Shown: piece by piece, positions 44,850 through 55,124 of the stretch
Layout of the letters: every line of letters begins with the position of its first letter
How positions within the stretch are numbered: position 1 is the first letter of the stretch
DNA from: Candidatus Kaiserbacteria bacterium
GTDB taxonomy: Bacteria; Patescibacteriota; Minisyncoccia; Phycocordibacterales; UBA2100
Assembly: GCA_028286585.1 (NCBI GenBank)
Contig: JAQBRI010000008.1
Location: forward strand, 18,514-82,513
DNA length: 64,000 nucleotides
Direction: 5' to 3'
Made by a program: the position numbers and the translations under genes
The notes under the pieces: generated by a model
What the model saw: only the letters and a program-made list of their open reading frames with translations
Database searches by the model: none
Told to the model about the DNA's origin: nothing

Positions 44850-46370
44850 TTACTGGCGGGTAGTTACAATATATTCTATCGTGTCTCCCTGCATGATTTC
44901 AAAATTTGCCTCGATATGCGCACCGCACTCGCGATCTGCATCGATTCTATCGACGTTTTGCTTGTTGGCCTGAATATTAATAATGACGCCATTTCCAAGA
45001 ACATCTGCTCGGCGCGATACACGTACTGTACCGTTTTTTACCAACTGTCCCTCAAGAACCTTGATACCAAGCACATGATCAAGTTTATGACTGCTGAATT
45101 GCATCAATACCTTTGCCCGGCCCAGTACCTCTATAACATCTTCTTTTGGCTTTGCCTTTTTCAGCCGTTCAGTCAAAGTCTCGGTCAGTTTGTAAATAAT
45201 ATTATAAAATTCGACTTCGACACCGCGCTCTCGGGCGATGGCTTCTGCTACCGTGTCGATGCCAACATTAAATCCTACAACAAGCGCCGGAGCTGTGCCC
45301 GCAAGCGCTGCACGAATATCATTTTCACTAATGGTACCGATGCCAGATTGTACAACGGTCACACCGTGCTTCTCGTCGCCAAGTTTGTGAATCTCTTGAA
45401 CCAGAGCTTCGAGTGAGCCAGTTGCATCGGCTCGCAAAATAATAGGAAGTGTAAAAAACCCATCTTCTTGATGCGCAGCTTGCGTTTGACTCGCATGATT
45501 TTCTTGAACGTAGATTTCGCGCGCCTTTTCAGCTTCGCGCTTGTTCGCATATGATGTAAATATCTCGCCAACTGCAGGCAACTCATCAAAACCAACCAAA
45601 ACAACCGGCGAAGAAAACGAAGCTTGCTTAAGTGTCGTACCCGTATGGCTTTCCATCAAGCGAACCGGTGCAATAGCAGAGCCCGCAACCACACTCATGC
45701 CGGTTTCTATCGTTCCATCAGTAATGATAAGTGTCGCAGCGATACCCCGCTTTTGATCACGATGTGCTTCGATTACAAATCCGCTTCCTGGAAGTGATAA
45801 TGTACCTTTGTAGTCTGCTATTTCAGAAACAATGAGAATAAGGTCCAGGAGTTCAGGAATACCAGTTCCTTTTTTTGCAGAAATTGCTACCCATGGCACG
45901 TCGCCTCCAAGCGTTTCAAGATAGACACCTTGTTCTGCAAGACTGTTTTGTGTGCGTGCGATATCAGCGTTTGGCTTGTCCGTTTTATTAATGGCAACAA
46001 TAAAAGGAATGTTACTTGAGCGAATTGCAGAAAGTGCCTCAAGCGTTTGAGCTTTGACACCGTCGTCTGCTGCCACAACCAAGATTGCAATATCGGCAAT
46101 GTTTGCACCGCGCGCGCGAATTGCCCCAAAAGCCGCGTGACCTGGTGTATCAATAAACGTTATACGCTTATCGATACCTTCGTACTTGTGTACGACTTCA
46201 TATGCTGCAACGTGTTGCGTTATGCCGCCAAATTCCTTGTCGACCGTATTTGCATGACGAATATAGTCAAGAAGAGTCGACTTACCGTGATCGACATGAC
46301 CCATTACCACCACGATAGGAGGTCGAACGCCACTCGTTATATTGTTTTGTGTTTGTTTGCTGGTTGTCAT
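44850..46370 (-). CDS. infB: translation initiation factor IF-2 (short form, G-domain onward)
   Basis: VVVMGHVDHGKSTLLD (G1), DTPGH (G3), NKTD (G4), and C-terminal beta-barrels. Only 506 aa. Confidence 0.9.
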   Translation of the reverse strand: MTTSKQTQNNITSGVRPPIVVVMGHVDHGKSTLLDYIRHANTVDKEFGGITQHVAAYEVVHKYEGIDKRITFIDTPGHAAFGAIRARGANIADIAILVVAADDGVKAQTLEALSAIRSSNIPFIVAINKTDKPNADIARTQNSLAEQGVYLETLGGDVPWVAISAKKGTGIPELLDLILIVSEIADYKGTLSLPGSGFVIEAHRDQKRGIAATLIITDGTIETGMSVVAGSAIAPVRLMESHTGTTLKQASFSSPVVLVGFDELPAVGEIFTSYANKREAEKAREIYVQENHASQTQAAHQEDGFFTLPIILRADATGSLEALVQEIHKLGDEKHGVTVVQSGIGTISENDIRAALAGTAPALVVGFNVGIDTVAEAIARERGVEVEFYNIIYKLTETLTERLKKAKPKEDVIEVLGRAKVLMQFSSHKLDHVLGIKVLEGQLVKNGTVRVSRRADVLGNGVIINIQANKQNVDRIDADRECGAHIEANFEIMQGDTIEYIVTTRQ

Positions 46371-46482
46371 ACGAGTGTTTGGAATTTGTAGTAGCGAGGG
46401 TAACAGTGGTCATAAAGGGTTGCGCAAAAGCCTCCGAATTGATGGGGGGAGTATACAACAAAAATCTATACCGTACAATGGG

Positions 46483-47700
46483 GCGATGTTATTCAAAAAA
46501 GAACGCATCTACCTTGATTATGCAAGTGCCACGCCTGTTTCAAGGGCGGCCCGCACCGCCTTTTTGAAGAGTCAGGCGCTCTACGGTAATCCGGGTGGAT
46601 TGCATGCCGAGGGCGTAATCGCAAAGCAGTCACTCTCAAAATCCCGAGTACAGATCGCGAGCTGTTTGGGTTGTAAGGCGGGAGAAGTCGTTTTTACCTC
46701 AGGCGGAACCGAGGGCAACAATCTCGCGATCCTCGGAGTCGCACAAAAAATGATCCAAGGTGGTCAGGACATGACCAAAACTCATTGGATAGTAAGTTCA
46801 ATCGAGCATGACTCGATACTTTCGACGTTTGGCGAAGTAGAGCGTCTTGGAGGCGCGGTATCCTTTGTAGAACCGGATGCTGATGGAGTCATTGCACCAA
46901 CGCAAGTAAAGATGTTACTGCGCCCAAAAACGGTATTTGTATCTGTTGGATGGGCAAATAGTGAAATAGGAGTCGTACAGCCAATAGCAAAAATTGCAAA
47001 AGTCATTCGTGAATATGAGGCAGCCCAAAAAACTCGCATTTTGTTGCATAGTGATGCAGGGCAGGCACCATTGTACGAAAAAACAACAACTCACTCACTT
47101 GATGTCGACCTGCTTACACTCGATTCGGGTAAGCTATATGGGCCACGTGGCATTGGTGCGTTGTATGTAAAATTGGGTACACCCATAAGTTCGATCCTCT
47201 TTGGTGGCAAACAAGAATCTGGCATGCGGCCAGGAACAGAAAATGTTGCTCTTGCAGCAAGTTTTGCCGCGAGCTTTGCATGGGTGACGAGCATTCGAAA
47301 TTCTGAAGAAATACGATTAAGAAAAATGAGAGACGCATTGTATTCGACCCTTTCTAAACAAATTCCTACACTTGTTTTAAATGGCAATATTGAAGGGCTT
47401 CTCCCGCACATGCTCAATGTTTCGATCCCAGGATTGAGTGTCGAATACTTTGTACTCGCCCTCGACAGCGCTGGCATTGCGAGCTCGACCAAATCAGCTT
47501 GCAGAGAAGGTGAAGAAGCGCAGTCGCACGTCGTACAAGCACTTGGCGCTTTAAAGAATGGTGAGCGGCACATTTCGGCTGAAGATCGCTCGGAACACAC
47601 CATCAGGCTTTCGCTGGGTGTCGAAACGACGGCGCGGGACTGTGCGCGTGCAGCATCCACATTTGTAGATGTGTATTCGCGGATGAGCACTATGCTATAA
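46483..47700 (+). CDS. class V aminotransferase / cysteine desulfurase (IscS/NifS-like)
   Basis: YLDYASATPV N-terminus, SGGTEGNN, PLP-lysine region SGKLYGPRGIGALYV. Start taken at MLFKKERIYLDY. Confidence 0.8.
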   Translation, partial: AMLFKKERIYLDYASATPVSRAARTAFLKSQALYGNPGGLHAEGVIAKQSLSKSRVQIASCLGCKAGEVVFTSGGTEGNNLAILGVAQKMIQGGQDMTKTHWIVSSIEHDSILSTFGEVERLGGAVSFVEPDADGVIAPTQVKMLLRPKTVFVSVGWANSEIGVVQPIAKIAKVIREYEAAQKTRILLHSDAGQAPLYEKTTTHSLDVDLLTLDSGKLYGPRGIGALYVKLGTPISSILFGGKQESGMRPGTENVALAASFAASFAWVTSIRNSEEIRLRKMRDALYSTLSKQIPTLVLNGNIEGLLPHMLNVSIPGLSVEYFVLALDSAGIASSTKSACREGEEAQSHVVQALGALKNGERHISAEDRSEHTIRLSLGVETTARDCARAASTFVDVYSRMSTML

Positions 47701-47708
47701 TTTTTTGC

Positions 47709-48527
47709 ATGGATCTCGATCAACTCTCCACCTCACAACTCATACTACTTACACTTCTTGTATCCTTTGTCACATCGATGGCAACAGGCATTGTTACCGT
47801 ATCATTGATGCAAGAAACGCCTATTACAGTAGGCGACACAGTGAGCCGCGTCATCGAACGCACAATTCATGAAGTTATATCTCCCGCAACATCATCACCG
47901 ACTGTAGTTGTGCAAACACCGCCGGCAAGTGATTCTTCTTCGATTGCAGGTGTTGTACAAAAGACGATGCCTTCGGTAGTGAGAATTTTCATGAACGAAG
48001 GCACAAACACATTTGCCGGAGCTGGAATTGTTGTCGCGCCAGGCGTGATACTTACAGATTCAGCAGCTCTCTCGGGCACGACCGCGGCGAACATATCAAT
48101 CGCCGGAAAAAACATTGCCCTAAACGTTGTCTCCGAAGATACCGTATCCGGCATAACAATTTTAAACGCGACTTCTACGGGCACTACTTCTATTTCTTGG
48201 ATTCCGTCGGCTATTACTCGTAATACGCATGCTGTTGGGGAACCGGTCTATACCATTTTTGGAGGCAAATCTCCCAAATTGGCTCGAGGGGTCATCACTT
48301 CAATTACACCCGGAAGGGATATAGCGCCTACTATCGTCGACACTGATATAGCAGGTCTAAATGATGATGTAATTGGGGTCGGAGTGCCATTGTATAGCCA
48401 AAATGGAACACTTATAGGAATGCGTACCCATGTCTCAACAATGCTTGCAGAAACATCATTTATATTGTTTAATACACAGATACCTCCACCGACGATGAAA
48501 GTTTCCGGTACTAATAAGAGTAATTAA
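47709..48527 (+). CDS. membrane-anchored trypsin-like (S1) peptidase-fold protein, catalytic triad apparently degenerate
   Basis: GAGIVVAPGVILTDSAAL where the TNAHV-type His is expected. GVGVPLYSQNGTLIGM where GNSGGPL is expected. Confidence 0.4.
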   Translation: MDLDQLSTSQLILLTLLVSFVTSMATGIVTVSLMQETPITVGDTVSRVIERTIHEVISPATSSPTVVVQTPPASDSSSIAGVVQKTMPSVVRIFMNEGTNTFAGAGIVVAPGVILTDSAALSGTTAANISIAGKNIALNVVSEDTVSGITILNATSTGTTSISWIPSAITRNTHAVGEPVYTIFGGKSPKLARGVITSITPGRDIAPTIVDTDIAGLNDDVIGVGVPLYSQNGTLIGMRTHVSTMLAETSFILFNTQIPPPTMKVSGTNKSN

Positions 48528-48533
48528 ACCTAT

Positions 48534-51242
48534 ATGACACCATTCAACAACTACACAACCAAGGCAAAAGAGGCAGTACACCGTGCTCATCAGCTTGCTG
48601 TCGAGCGAGGACACAATCAGGTGTCACCAGTCCACATGCTTGCGGCACTCGTAAGTCAGGAAGAGTCTATGATTTTGCCGATGCTCGAGCAGGTTAATGT
48701 TGATGTACAGCATTTTACCGATTCAATTTTCGAACTTATAGAGGGTACGGGAGGTGCAACTGCGGTTTCGCCGTCATTTCAATTGTATCTTACGCCCGAT
48801 TTGGTGCGCGTATTTGAAGCTGCGCCTCGTATTTCTGCATCGTTTAACGATCAATTCGTCTCTCCTGAGCATATTCTATTAAGTATTGTCGAAAACCCGG
48901 GTCCTGCAAGCGAAGTACTTACCCGATTTAAGGTAGACCGAACAGCGCTTGCTCGCGTACTTACTGACATAAAAGAAGGCAAGATCAAGGATACCGACAC
49001 CTCGACCAAGCCTCGTGCACTTATGCGATTTGCACGATCACTCACGGAGCGCGCAAAAGAAAACAAACTCGATCCTGTTATTGGGCGCGACATGGAAATC
49101 ACACGCGTGATTCAGATTCTGTCACGACGAACAAAAAACAACCCAATCCTTATTGGAGAAGCTGGCGTTGGTAAAACAGCAGTTGCCGAAGGTCTCGCCA
49201 TTCGTGTGGCAGCAGGTGACGTGCCAGAATCTTTGCGAGACAAAGAAATAGTACAACTCGACCTCGGGCTTCTTATTGCCGGTACTAAATACCGCGGTGA
49301 ATTCGAAGAGCGACTTAAGGCAGTAATGAAAGAAGTCGAACGCTCAGACGGCAAGGTAATTCTTTTTATCGACGAACTCCATACCCTAATGGGTGCAGGA
49401 GCTGCCGAAGGATCGATGGACGCTTCAAACATGCTCAAGCCAGCACTCGCTCGCGGTGAGATCCGTGTCATTGGTGCAACAACACTTAAGGAGTATCAAA
49501 AATACATCGAACACGACCAGGCCATGACTCGTCGATTCCAGCCGATACATGTTAACGAGCCGTCAATCGATGACACTGTTGCGATATTACGAGGACTAAA
49601 GAGTCGCTACGAACTATTCCATGGTGTACATATTACTGACGACGCTATCGTTGCCGCCGTACAGCTTTCATCGCGCTACATCACTGAACGTTTTCTCCCC
49701 GACAAGGCGATTGATCTTATCGACGAAGCATCATCCGCACTACGATTGTCGCTTGAAAACAAACCACCGGTTCTCGAAGAGGCGCATCGACGCGTAGTTC
49801 GGCTTGAAATAGAACGTGAAGCACTCAAAAAGGAAGCAGAGGCAGGAAACGAAAAGGCACAGCAGCGCATGAAATCGATCCAAGCCGAAATTGCCGATGT
49901 GCAAGACGGATCTCGCGAACTCGAAACCAAATGGAAAAACGAAAAGGAAACACTTGCGACAATAAAGCAGTGCAAGAAAGATCTCGAACAGGCTCGGCTT
50001 GATGCTGACTCCGCTGAATCACAAAGTGATCTTACAAAAGCAGCAGAAATTAGATACGGAACCATTCCAGCACTTGAACGGGAAATCGAAACAGCAACCA
50101 AGCGACTCAAGAAACTGCAAACTAATCGTCGAGTGCTTAAGGAAGAGGTAATAGCAGAAGACATTGCACATGTTGTCTCTCGATGGACCGGCGTTCCAGT
50201 ATCACGCATGCTTGAAGAAGAGGCAGCAAAACTCGCGAAAATCGAAGAGAGTCTTAAGGAGCGAATTGTTGGTCAGGATGAAGCGGTCAAAAAGATTGCA
50301 GATTCTATCAAGCGATCACGAGCAGGCATTGGAGACCCAAATCGACCAGTCGGATCATTCCTATTCCTTGGTCCAACAGGAGTCGGTAAGACCGAGCTTA
50401 CAAAAGCGCTTGCTGAGCTGTTGTTTAACAACAGCGACAAGGCACTCATTCGGGTTGATATGTCCGAATACATGGAAAAGCATTCAGTATCCAAGATCAT
50501 CGGTTCTCCTCCAGGATATGTCGGCCACGAAGAAGGCGGAGGTCTCACAGAATTGGTGCGACATCGCCCATACTCTGTAATTCTTTTCGACGAAATAGAG
50601 AAAGCACATCCAGAGGTTTTCAACATCTTGCTGCAAGTACTCGACAATGGTCGTCTTACTGATGCAAAGGGTCGCACCGTTAACTTCAAAAATTGTGTAA
50701 TCATCATGACTTCGAACATTGGTGCAGAATTTATCGACAAAATGTCGGGACTTGGATTTGGCAATGGTATTGCAACGACCGAAGCAGAGCGATACGAACA
50801 AACAAAAGACCGTGTTATGACAGCGCTCAAGGATTACTTCCGACCAGAATTCCTGAACCGTCTCGATGAAATTGTCTTGTTCAACATTCTAAGTCCACTC
50901 CATGTGCGTGACATTGTCCGCATGCAGGTTGATATTGTTGCGAAGCGTCTCGAAGATAAAAGCATCAATCTTACGTTTTCGGATGCCGCACTCGACCTAC
51001 TTTCAAAAGATGGATACAGCGCGCACTACGGTGCTCGACCACTAAAGCGACTTATTCAAACCAAGATTCTAACTCCCATTGCTAACATGATTATCGAAAG
51101 GGAAGTGACAGATGGCGGAGCTATTGTTGTGGATGTAGATAAAGATAAAACTGAGTTTACGTTCGACGTCAGAAAAGGACCAGAAAAGATTCCTCGCAGT
51201 CACTCTGTCCGCTCGAGAGCAAAAAGTGCAGTCGCAGCATAA
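48534..51242 (+). CDS. clpB: chaperone ClpB (AAA+ disaggregase)
   Basis: Walker A motifs [13 protein letters not shown] and [13 protein letters not shown], an M-domain coiled coil between them, N-terminal Clp_N repeats. Confidence 0.95.
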   Translation: MTPFNNYTTKAKEAVHRAHQLAVERGHNQVSPVHMLAALVSQEESMILPMLEQVNVDVQHFTDSIFELIEGTGGATAVSPSFQLYLTPDLVRVFEAAPRISASFNDQFVSPEHILLSIVENPGPASEVLTRFKVDRTALARVLTDIKEGKIKDTDTSTKPRALMRFARSLTERAKENKLDPVIGRDMEITRVIQILSRRTKNNPILIGEAGVGKTAVAEGLAIRVAAGDVPESLRDKEIVQLDLGLLIAGTKYRGEFEERLKAVMKEVERSDGKVILFIDELHTLMGAGAAEGSMDASNMLKPALARGEIRVIGATTLKEYQKYIEHDQAMTRRFQPIHVNEPSIDDTVAILRGLKSRYELFHGVHITDDAIVAAVQLSSRYITERFLPDKAIDLIDEASSALRLSLENKPPVLEEAHRRVVRLEIEREALKKEAEAGNEKAQQRMKSIQAEIADVQDGSRELETKWKNEKETLATIKQCKKDLEQARLDADSAESQSDLTKAAEIRYGTIPALEREIETATKRLKKLQTNRRVLKEEVIAEDIAHVVSRWTGVPVSRMLEEEAAKLAKIEESLKERIVGQDEAVKKIADSIKRSRAGIGDPNRPVGSFLFLGPTGVGKTELTKALAELLFNNSDKALIRVDMSEYMEKHSVSKIIGSPPGYVGHEEGGGLTELVRHRPYSVILFDEIEKAHPEVFNILLQVLDNGRLTDAKGRTVNFKNCVIIMTSNIGAEFIDKMSGLGFGNGIATTEAERYEQTKDRVMTALKDYFRPEFLNRLDEIVLFNILSPLHVRDIVRMQVDIVAKRLEDKSINLTFSDAALDLLSKDGYSAHYGARPLKRLIQTKILTPIANMIIEREVTDGGAIVVDVDKDKTEFTFDVRKGPEKIPRSHSVRSRAKSAVAA

Positions 51243-51255
51243 GCTGCAATAATCA

Positions 51256-51285
51256 CAAAAAAGACGGCACGGCCGTCTTTTTTGT
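51256..51285. terminator. bidirectional rho-independent terminator after clpB
   Basis: aaaaaagacggcacggccgtcttttttgtg. Confidence 0.75.
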
Positions 51286-51363
51286 GTAATCAGAAATGCT
51301 TTTTTGGAGCGCCCATATTTTCTTAACAGTAATCCGTTTTAGAAAATAGAAGTACTTTTAGGG

Positions 51364-51446
51364 TGCGCCGGGTTGGATTCGAACCAACGAAGACCGAAGT
51401 CGACAGATTTACAGTCTGTTGTATTTGACCACTCTACCACCGACGC
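51364..51446 (-). tRNA. tRNA-Tyr (anticodon GTA, long variable arm)
   Basis: Reverse complement GCGTCGG-TG-GTAGAGTGGTC...GACTGTAAATC...long variable arm...GTTGG-TTCGAAT-CCAAC-CCGGCGC-A. Confidence 0.8.
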
Positions 51447-51513
51447 ATAATCCAGCCTGTGCTGGTTGCGAATGATTGTAGCAAAATAATTAGACCTCGC
51501 CAATACGACAGTT

Positions 51514-51948
51514 TTGATATGGTACACTAATCGCATGCGAAAATATCTTGTCCTGGGTCTTACTACGGGTATTATGCTTCTTCCACTTATTAGTAATGCT
51601 GCAATTTGGCATTCAATTGTTCCTGGCACTGATCAGGGTTCTAGCTGCGGCAAAGTTGGCGGATGTCAGTCTATATGTGATATAGCGCTCCTTGTTCAAA
51701 ATATTCTCAATGACGCTATAGTGCTTGCTACGTTTATGGCAGGTATTCTCTTTGCGTGGGCTGGCGGCCGAATGCTTATGGCAGGAGGTGATCCAAAGGC
51801 CATAACTAGTGCAAAAAAGACCTTTAGCGCGGTACTAATTGGATTTATCATCATACTCTCGGCTTGGCTCATTGTGGACACTATAATGAAGGTATTTACC
51901 GACCAATCGAGTTCTGGCTTTGGGCCTTGGAATCAAATTTGCCAATAG
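51514..51948 (+). CDS. TrbC/VirB2-like small secreted two-TM protein, dispersed sixth paralog
   Basis: Signal peptide (after NAA). GRMLMAGGDPKAITSAKKTFSAVLIGFIIIL has the same motif as the 38.8-40.6 kb array. Confidence 0.5.
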   Translation: MIWYTNRMRKYLVLGLTTGIMLLPLISNAAIWHSIVPGTDQGSSCGKVGGCQSICDIALLVQNILNDAIVLATFMAGILFAWAGGRMLMAGGDPKAITSAKKTFSAVLIGFIIILSAWLIVDTIMKVFTDQSSSGFGPWNQICQ

Positions 51949-51974
51949 GGTAAGAACCGTGTATAATCGCCCCT

Positions 51975-52133
51975 ATGTCGCAAGATCAACTTATACGCCT
52001 CGCTTGTAGTAAATGTACACGCATTAACTATTGGTCTCGTAAAAACAAAAAACTGGTTACAGCAAAGATCGAACTCAAAAAGTACTGTAAATGGTGCAAA
52101 ATGCATACCAAGCACAAGGAGGTCAAAAAATAA
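51975..52133 (+). CDS. rpmG: 50S ribosomal protein L33 (52 aa; below the ORF-track size cutoff)
   Basis: MSQDQLIRLACSKCTRINYWSRKNKKLVTAKIELKKYCKWCKMHTKHKEVKK. This is the C..C..NY...KN....LELKKYC..C..HT.HKE.K zinc-ribbon pattern of L33. A terminator hairpin follows at 52141-52160. Confidence 0.7.
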   Translation: MSQDQLIRLACSKCTRINYWSRKNKKLVTAKIELKKYCKWCKMHTKHKEVKK

Positions 52134-52140
52134 AACTGCC

Positions 52141-52163
52141 ACGAGCCCGAAAGGGCTCGTTGT
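52141..52163 (+). terminator. rho-independent terminator after rpmG
   Basis: acgagcccgaaagggctcgt stem-loop followed by tgtgtt. Confidence 0.6.
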
Positions 52164-52180
52164 GTTATACTCTCGTCCAA

Positions 52181-52254
52181 GGGCGATTAGTTTAGTGGTA
52201 GAACAGCGGTCTCCAAAACCGCTAGTGTAGGTTCGATTCCTACATCGCCCGCCC
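52181..52254 (+). tRNA. tRNA-Trp (anticodon CCA)
   Basis: GGGCGAT acceptor, TAGTTTAGTGGTAGAAC D-arm, anticodon stem GCGGT/ACCGC with loop CTCCAAA, T-arm GTAGG-TTCGATT-CCTAC, ATCGCCC-G. Confidence 0.8.
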
Positions 52255-52339
52255 AAAAGCATTACGGCATCTAATACTGCTTGTAATACGTATACTTATC
52301 CACAGTCTGTTTACATAATCGTCTTACTTCTAGAAGTTA

Positions 52340-52560
52340 TAATGAAAACCGCTTTGAAACGTAGGTGTGTCGGTGAAGTAGGGTGTAATTCCCTCACTAT
52401 CGCGTAACTGTAAAGTCAGATCCCGCACATTACCCCTTTGTAAGGGGCTACATCGGCTCGCGCCTAGTCATTCTGAGAGGTCTCTACCTCGCAGGCATTA
52501 CATGACCCCGGCACGAACCGGGAGTTTTCGATGCGTGCGCCCTCTCTCGCGCAAAGAGAG
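52340..52560 (+). promoter_or_regulatory. long hairpin-rich leader upstream of nrdAB; candidate cis-regulatory RNA with weak resemblance to the cobalamin-riboswitch core
   Basis: cGGTGaagtAGGGtgtAATTCCctcactatCGCGTAACTGTAAagtcagatCCCGC loosely resembles the GGTG..AAUCC..CCCGCCACUGUaA core. Additional hairpins: CCCCTTtgtaAGGGG, GAGGTctctACCTC, CCCGGcacgaaCCGGG, CCTCTCTcgcgcaaAGAGAGG. Confidence 0.25.
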
Positions 52561-52583
52561 GTTATTAAGTAGAACAAGTTACT

Positions 52584-55100
52584 ATGGAAATTAATATTTG
52601 TAAGCGTAATGGCACTTGTGAACCATTCAACGCAGATAAAATCAACAGATCGATAGAACGAGAATGCGCAGGCTTTCTCGATCCTATAGGCATGACTACA
52701 CAGATTGCGACTGAGACACGCCTCACTCTGTATGATGGTATGACGACAGAGGAGATGGACCAGGCTACGATAAGCGCTGCCGTTCAAAATATCAAGGAGG
52801 ACATCGAATATGATAAAGTCGCTGTGCGATTGCTGCTTAAGACAGTGTACCGGCGTGTGGTAGGCGAATATAAGCATGATGCGCAGGAGCTCAAAGCAAA
52901 GCATCGAAAGCAGTTTTCGGTGCACATAAAGAAATATATTACTGCAGGCCTACTTGATGAAAGAATGGGAAAGCTTTTTGACCTCGAAAAACTTGCAGCA
53001 GCTATGGTATTAGATCGAGATCAATTGTTTACCTATGCAGGTCTTTCGACACTGCTTGATAGGTACTCTATGCGAGACGTAGAGCAAAATCGCATTGAAA
53101 CTCCACAATTTTTATTTATGCGCATCGCAATGGGCCTTGCGTATAACGAAAAAAATCCAACTCTATGGGCTATTAAGTTTTATGAGCGCATGTCGCAACA
53201 CCTCTACATTGCGGGAGGCACAACAAACATTGGTGCAGGAACATCTCGTCCAGCGCTGTCGAATTGCTTCTTGCTTGAGATTCATGATGATATGGATCAT
53301 ATTGCAAAATCTGTTGCGGATGTAATGAAAATATCGAAATCATCGGGCGGTATTGGGGCGTCACTCACTAAACTGCGCGCAACTGGCTCGCCGCTCAAGT
53401 CGAGTAATACTGTATCCTCGGGACCAACTCCGTTTGCAAAAATAATCGATACCGCTATTCGTGCCGTCCAGCGTGGAGGTAAAAAATTGGGTGCGCTTTG
53501 TTTCTATATGGAAAACTGGCACTACGATTTTCCGGAATTCATAGACTGGAAACATAATGCAGGCGACGATTACCTTCGTATGCGAACAGCAAACACGGCA
53601 GTATTTCTCTCGGATGAATTTATGCTACGTGTTGAAAATAACGACGACTGGTATATGTTTGATCCAAAAGAAACACCCGATCTAAACGAGTTATATGGCC
53701 AAGCATTTAGTAAACGCTATAAAGAGTACGTAGAAATGGCGAAGGCCGGAAAACTTCGAATGTTTAAAAAAGTTCCTGCGGCCGAACAGTGGCATCACAT
53801 TCTGACTTCGCTTCAGGCGACTTCGCACCCATGGCTCACGTGGAAAGATCCGATTAACCTTCGGGCACTCAACAACAACACTGGAACTATTCACATGTCT
53901 AATCTTTGCACCGAAATATGTCTTCCGCAGGATAGAGAAAACATAGCTGTATGTAATCTTGCGTCACTCAATATTGCTGCACATATTGAGCACAAACAAA
54001 TTAATTGGGGTAAACTTGAAGAAAGTGTTCGTCTTGCGATCCGACAACTAGATAATCTTATCGACATTAATGATCTTCCGATTCCAGAAGCTGCACGCTC
54101 GGACAAAGAAAATCGTGCAGTAGGTCTTGGAGTCATGGGATTTGCCGATGCACTCGAGCAGCTCTCGATGTCATATGAAAGTGCACATGCGTGGGATTTT
54201 GCAGATCGTATCTTTGAATTTATCTCCTACATGGCAATTGATGAAAGTGCGAACCTTGCAAAAGAACGCGGTTCCTATAAGCACTTTCAGGGTTCCGGAT
54301 GGTCAAAAGGCATGGTCCCCATTGATACGGTCGCTGCGCTCGAAAAAGACCGCGGAATCAGTATTGACGTACCAAAAGCAACAAAGCAAAAAATGCTCGA
54401 TTGGGACAAACTTCGGGCAAAAGTTAAGCAAGGAATGAGAAACGCAACTCTGATGGCCATTGCACCAAATGCCAATATCGGACTGTTGGCGGGAACTACT
54501 CCGGGTATTGATCCGCGTTTTGCACAAGTTTTTTCCCGCAACAAAATTTCTGGCAAATATCTTGATCTCAATCACAATTTGGTAAAAGATCTTAAAAATA
54601 TGGGTCTTTGGGAAGAGCTTAAAGATCAAATCATTGAAGCGCAAGGTGATATATCCGAACTACCACACATTCCGGCATATCTCAAAGAGATATATCGTAC
54701 TGCGTTTACCACTTCGCCTCAATCTTACATAGAGGTTGCAGCACGGGCGCAGAAATGGGTTGATCAAGCTCTTAGTCGTAACATGTATTTGGCAGAGCGC
54801 GATATGGAAACAATGAGTAATGTATACAAGATGGCCTGGAAAAAAGGTCTCAAGACAACTTACTATCTGCATATGCAACAACGACATACCGCAGAACAAA
54901 GTACAACTACAGTAAACAAAGCTGAAGCGCTTGGAAAGAGGGGATTTGGAGCAATCAAAGCTGCGCCTGTGGTACTACAACCAGAAAAAACATCAACACC
55001 TTCGCCGATTGCTATGCCTACACCCATCATAGCCAAAACAACCACAATTCGAGGGCCAGAAGACCCGCAAGAAGCCAATGTCTGCATCGCGTGCCAATAA
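52584..55100 (+). CDS. nrdA: class Ia ribonucleotide reductase alpha subunit with N-terminal ATP-cone
   Basis: ATP-cone MEINICKRNGTCEPFNADKINRSIE. Active-site NLCTEI. C-terminal Cys pair CIACQ. Confidence 0.9.
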   Translation: MEINICKRNGTCEPFNADKINRSIERECAGFLDPIGMTTQIATETRLTLYDGMTTEEMDQATISAAVQNIKEDIEYDKVAVRLLLKTVYRRVVGEYKHDAQELKAKHRKQFSVHIKKYITAGLLDERMGKLFDLEKLAAAMVLDRDQLFTYAGLSTLLDRYSMRDVEQNRIETPQFLFMRIAMGLAYNEKNPTLWAIKFYERMSQHLYIAGGTTNIGAGTSRPALSNCFLLEIHDDMDHIAKSVADVMKISKSSGGIGASLTKLRATGSPLKSSNTVSSGPTPFAKIIDTAIRAVQRGGKKLGALCFYMENWHYDFPEFIDWKHNAGDDYLRMRTANTAVFLSDEFMLRVENNDDWYMFDPKETPDLNELYGQAFSKRYKEYVEMAKAGKLRMFKKVPAAEQWHHILTSLQATSHPWLTWKDPINLRALNNNTGTIHMSNLCTEICLPQDRENIAVCNLASLNIAAHIEHKQINWGKLEESVRLAIRQLDNLIDINDLPIPEAARSDKENRAVGLGVMGFADALEQLSMSYESAHAWDFADRIFEFISYMAIDESANLAKERGSYKHFQGSGWSKGMVPIDTVAALEKDRGISIDVPKATKQKMLDWDKLRAKVKQGMRNATLMAIAPNANIGLLAGTTPGIDPRFAQVFSRNKISGKYLDLNHNLVKDLKNMGLWEELKDQIIEAQGDISELPHIPAYLKEIYRTAFTTSPQSYIEVAARAQKWVDQALSRNMYLAERDMETMSNVYKMAWKKGLKTTYYLHMQQRHTAEQSTTTVNKAEALGKRGFGAIKAAPVVLQPEKTSTPSPIAMPTPIIAKTTTIRGPEDPQEANVCIACQ

Positions 55101-55124
55101 CAAATAACAACTAACATACTACTT

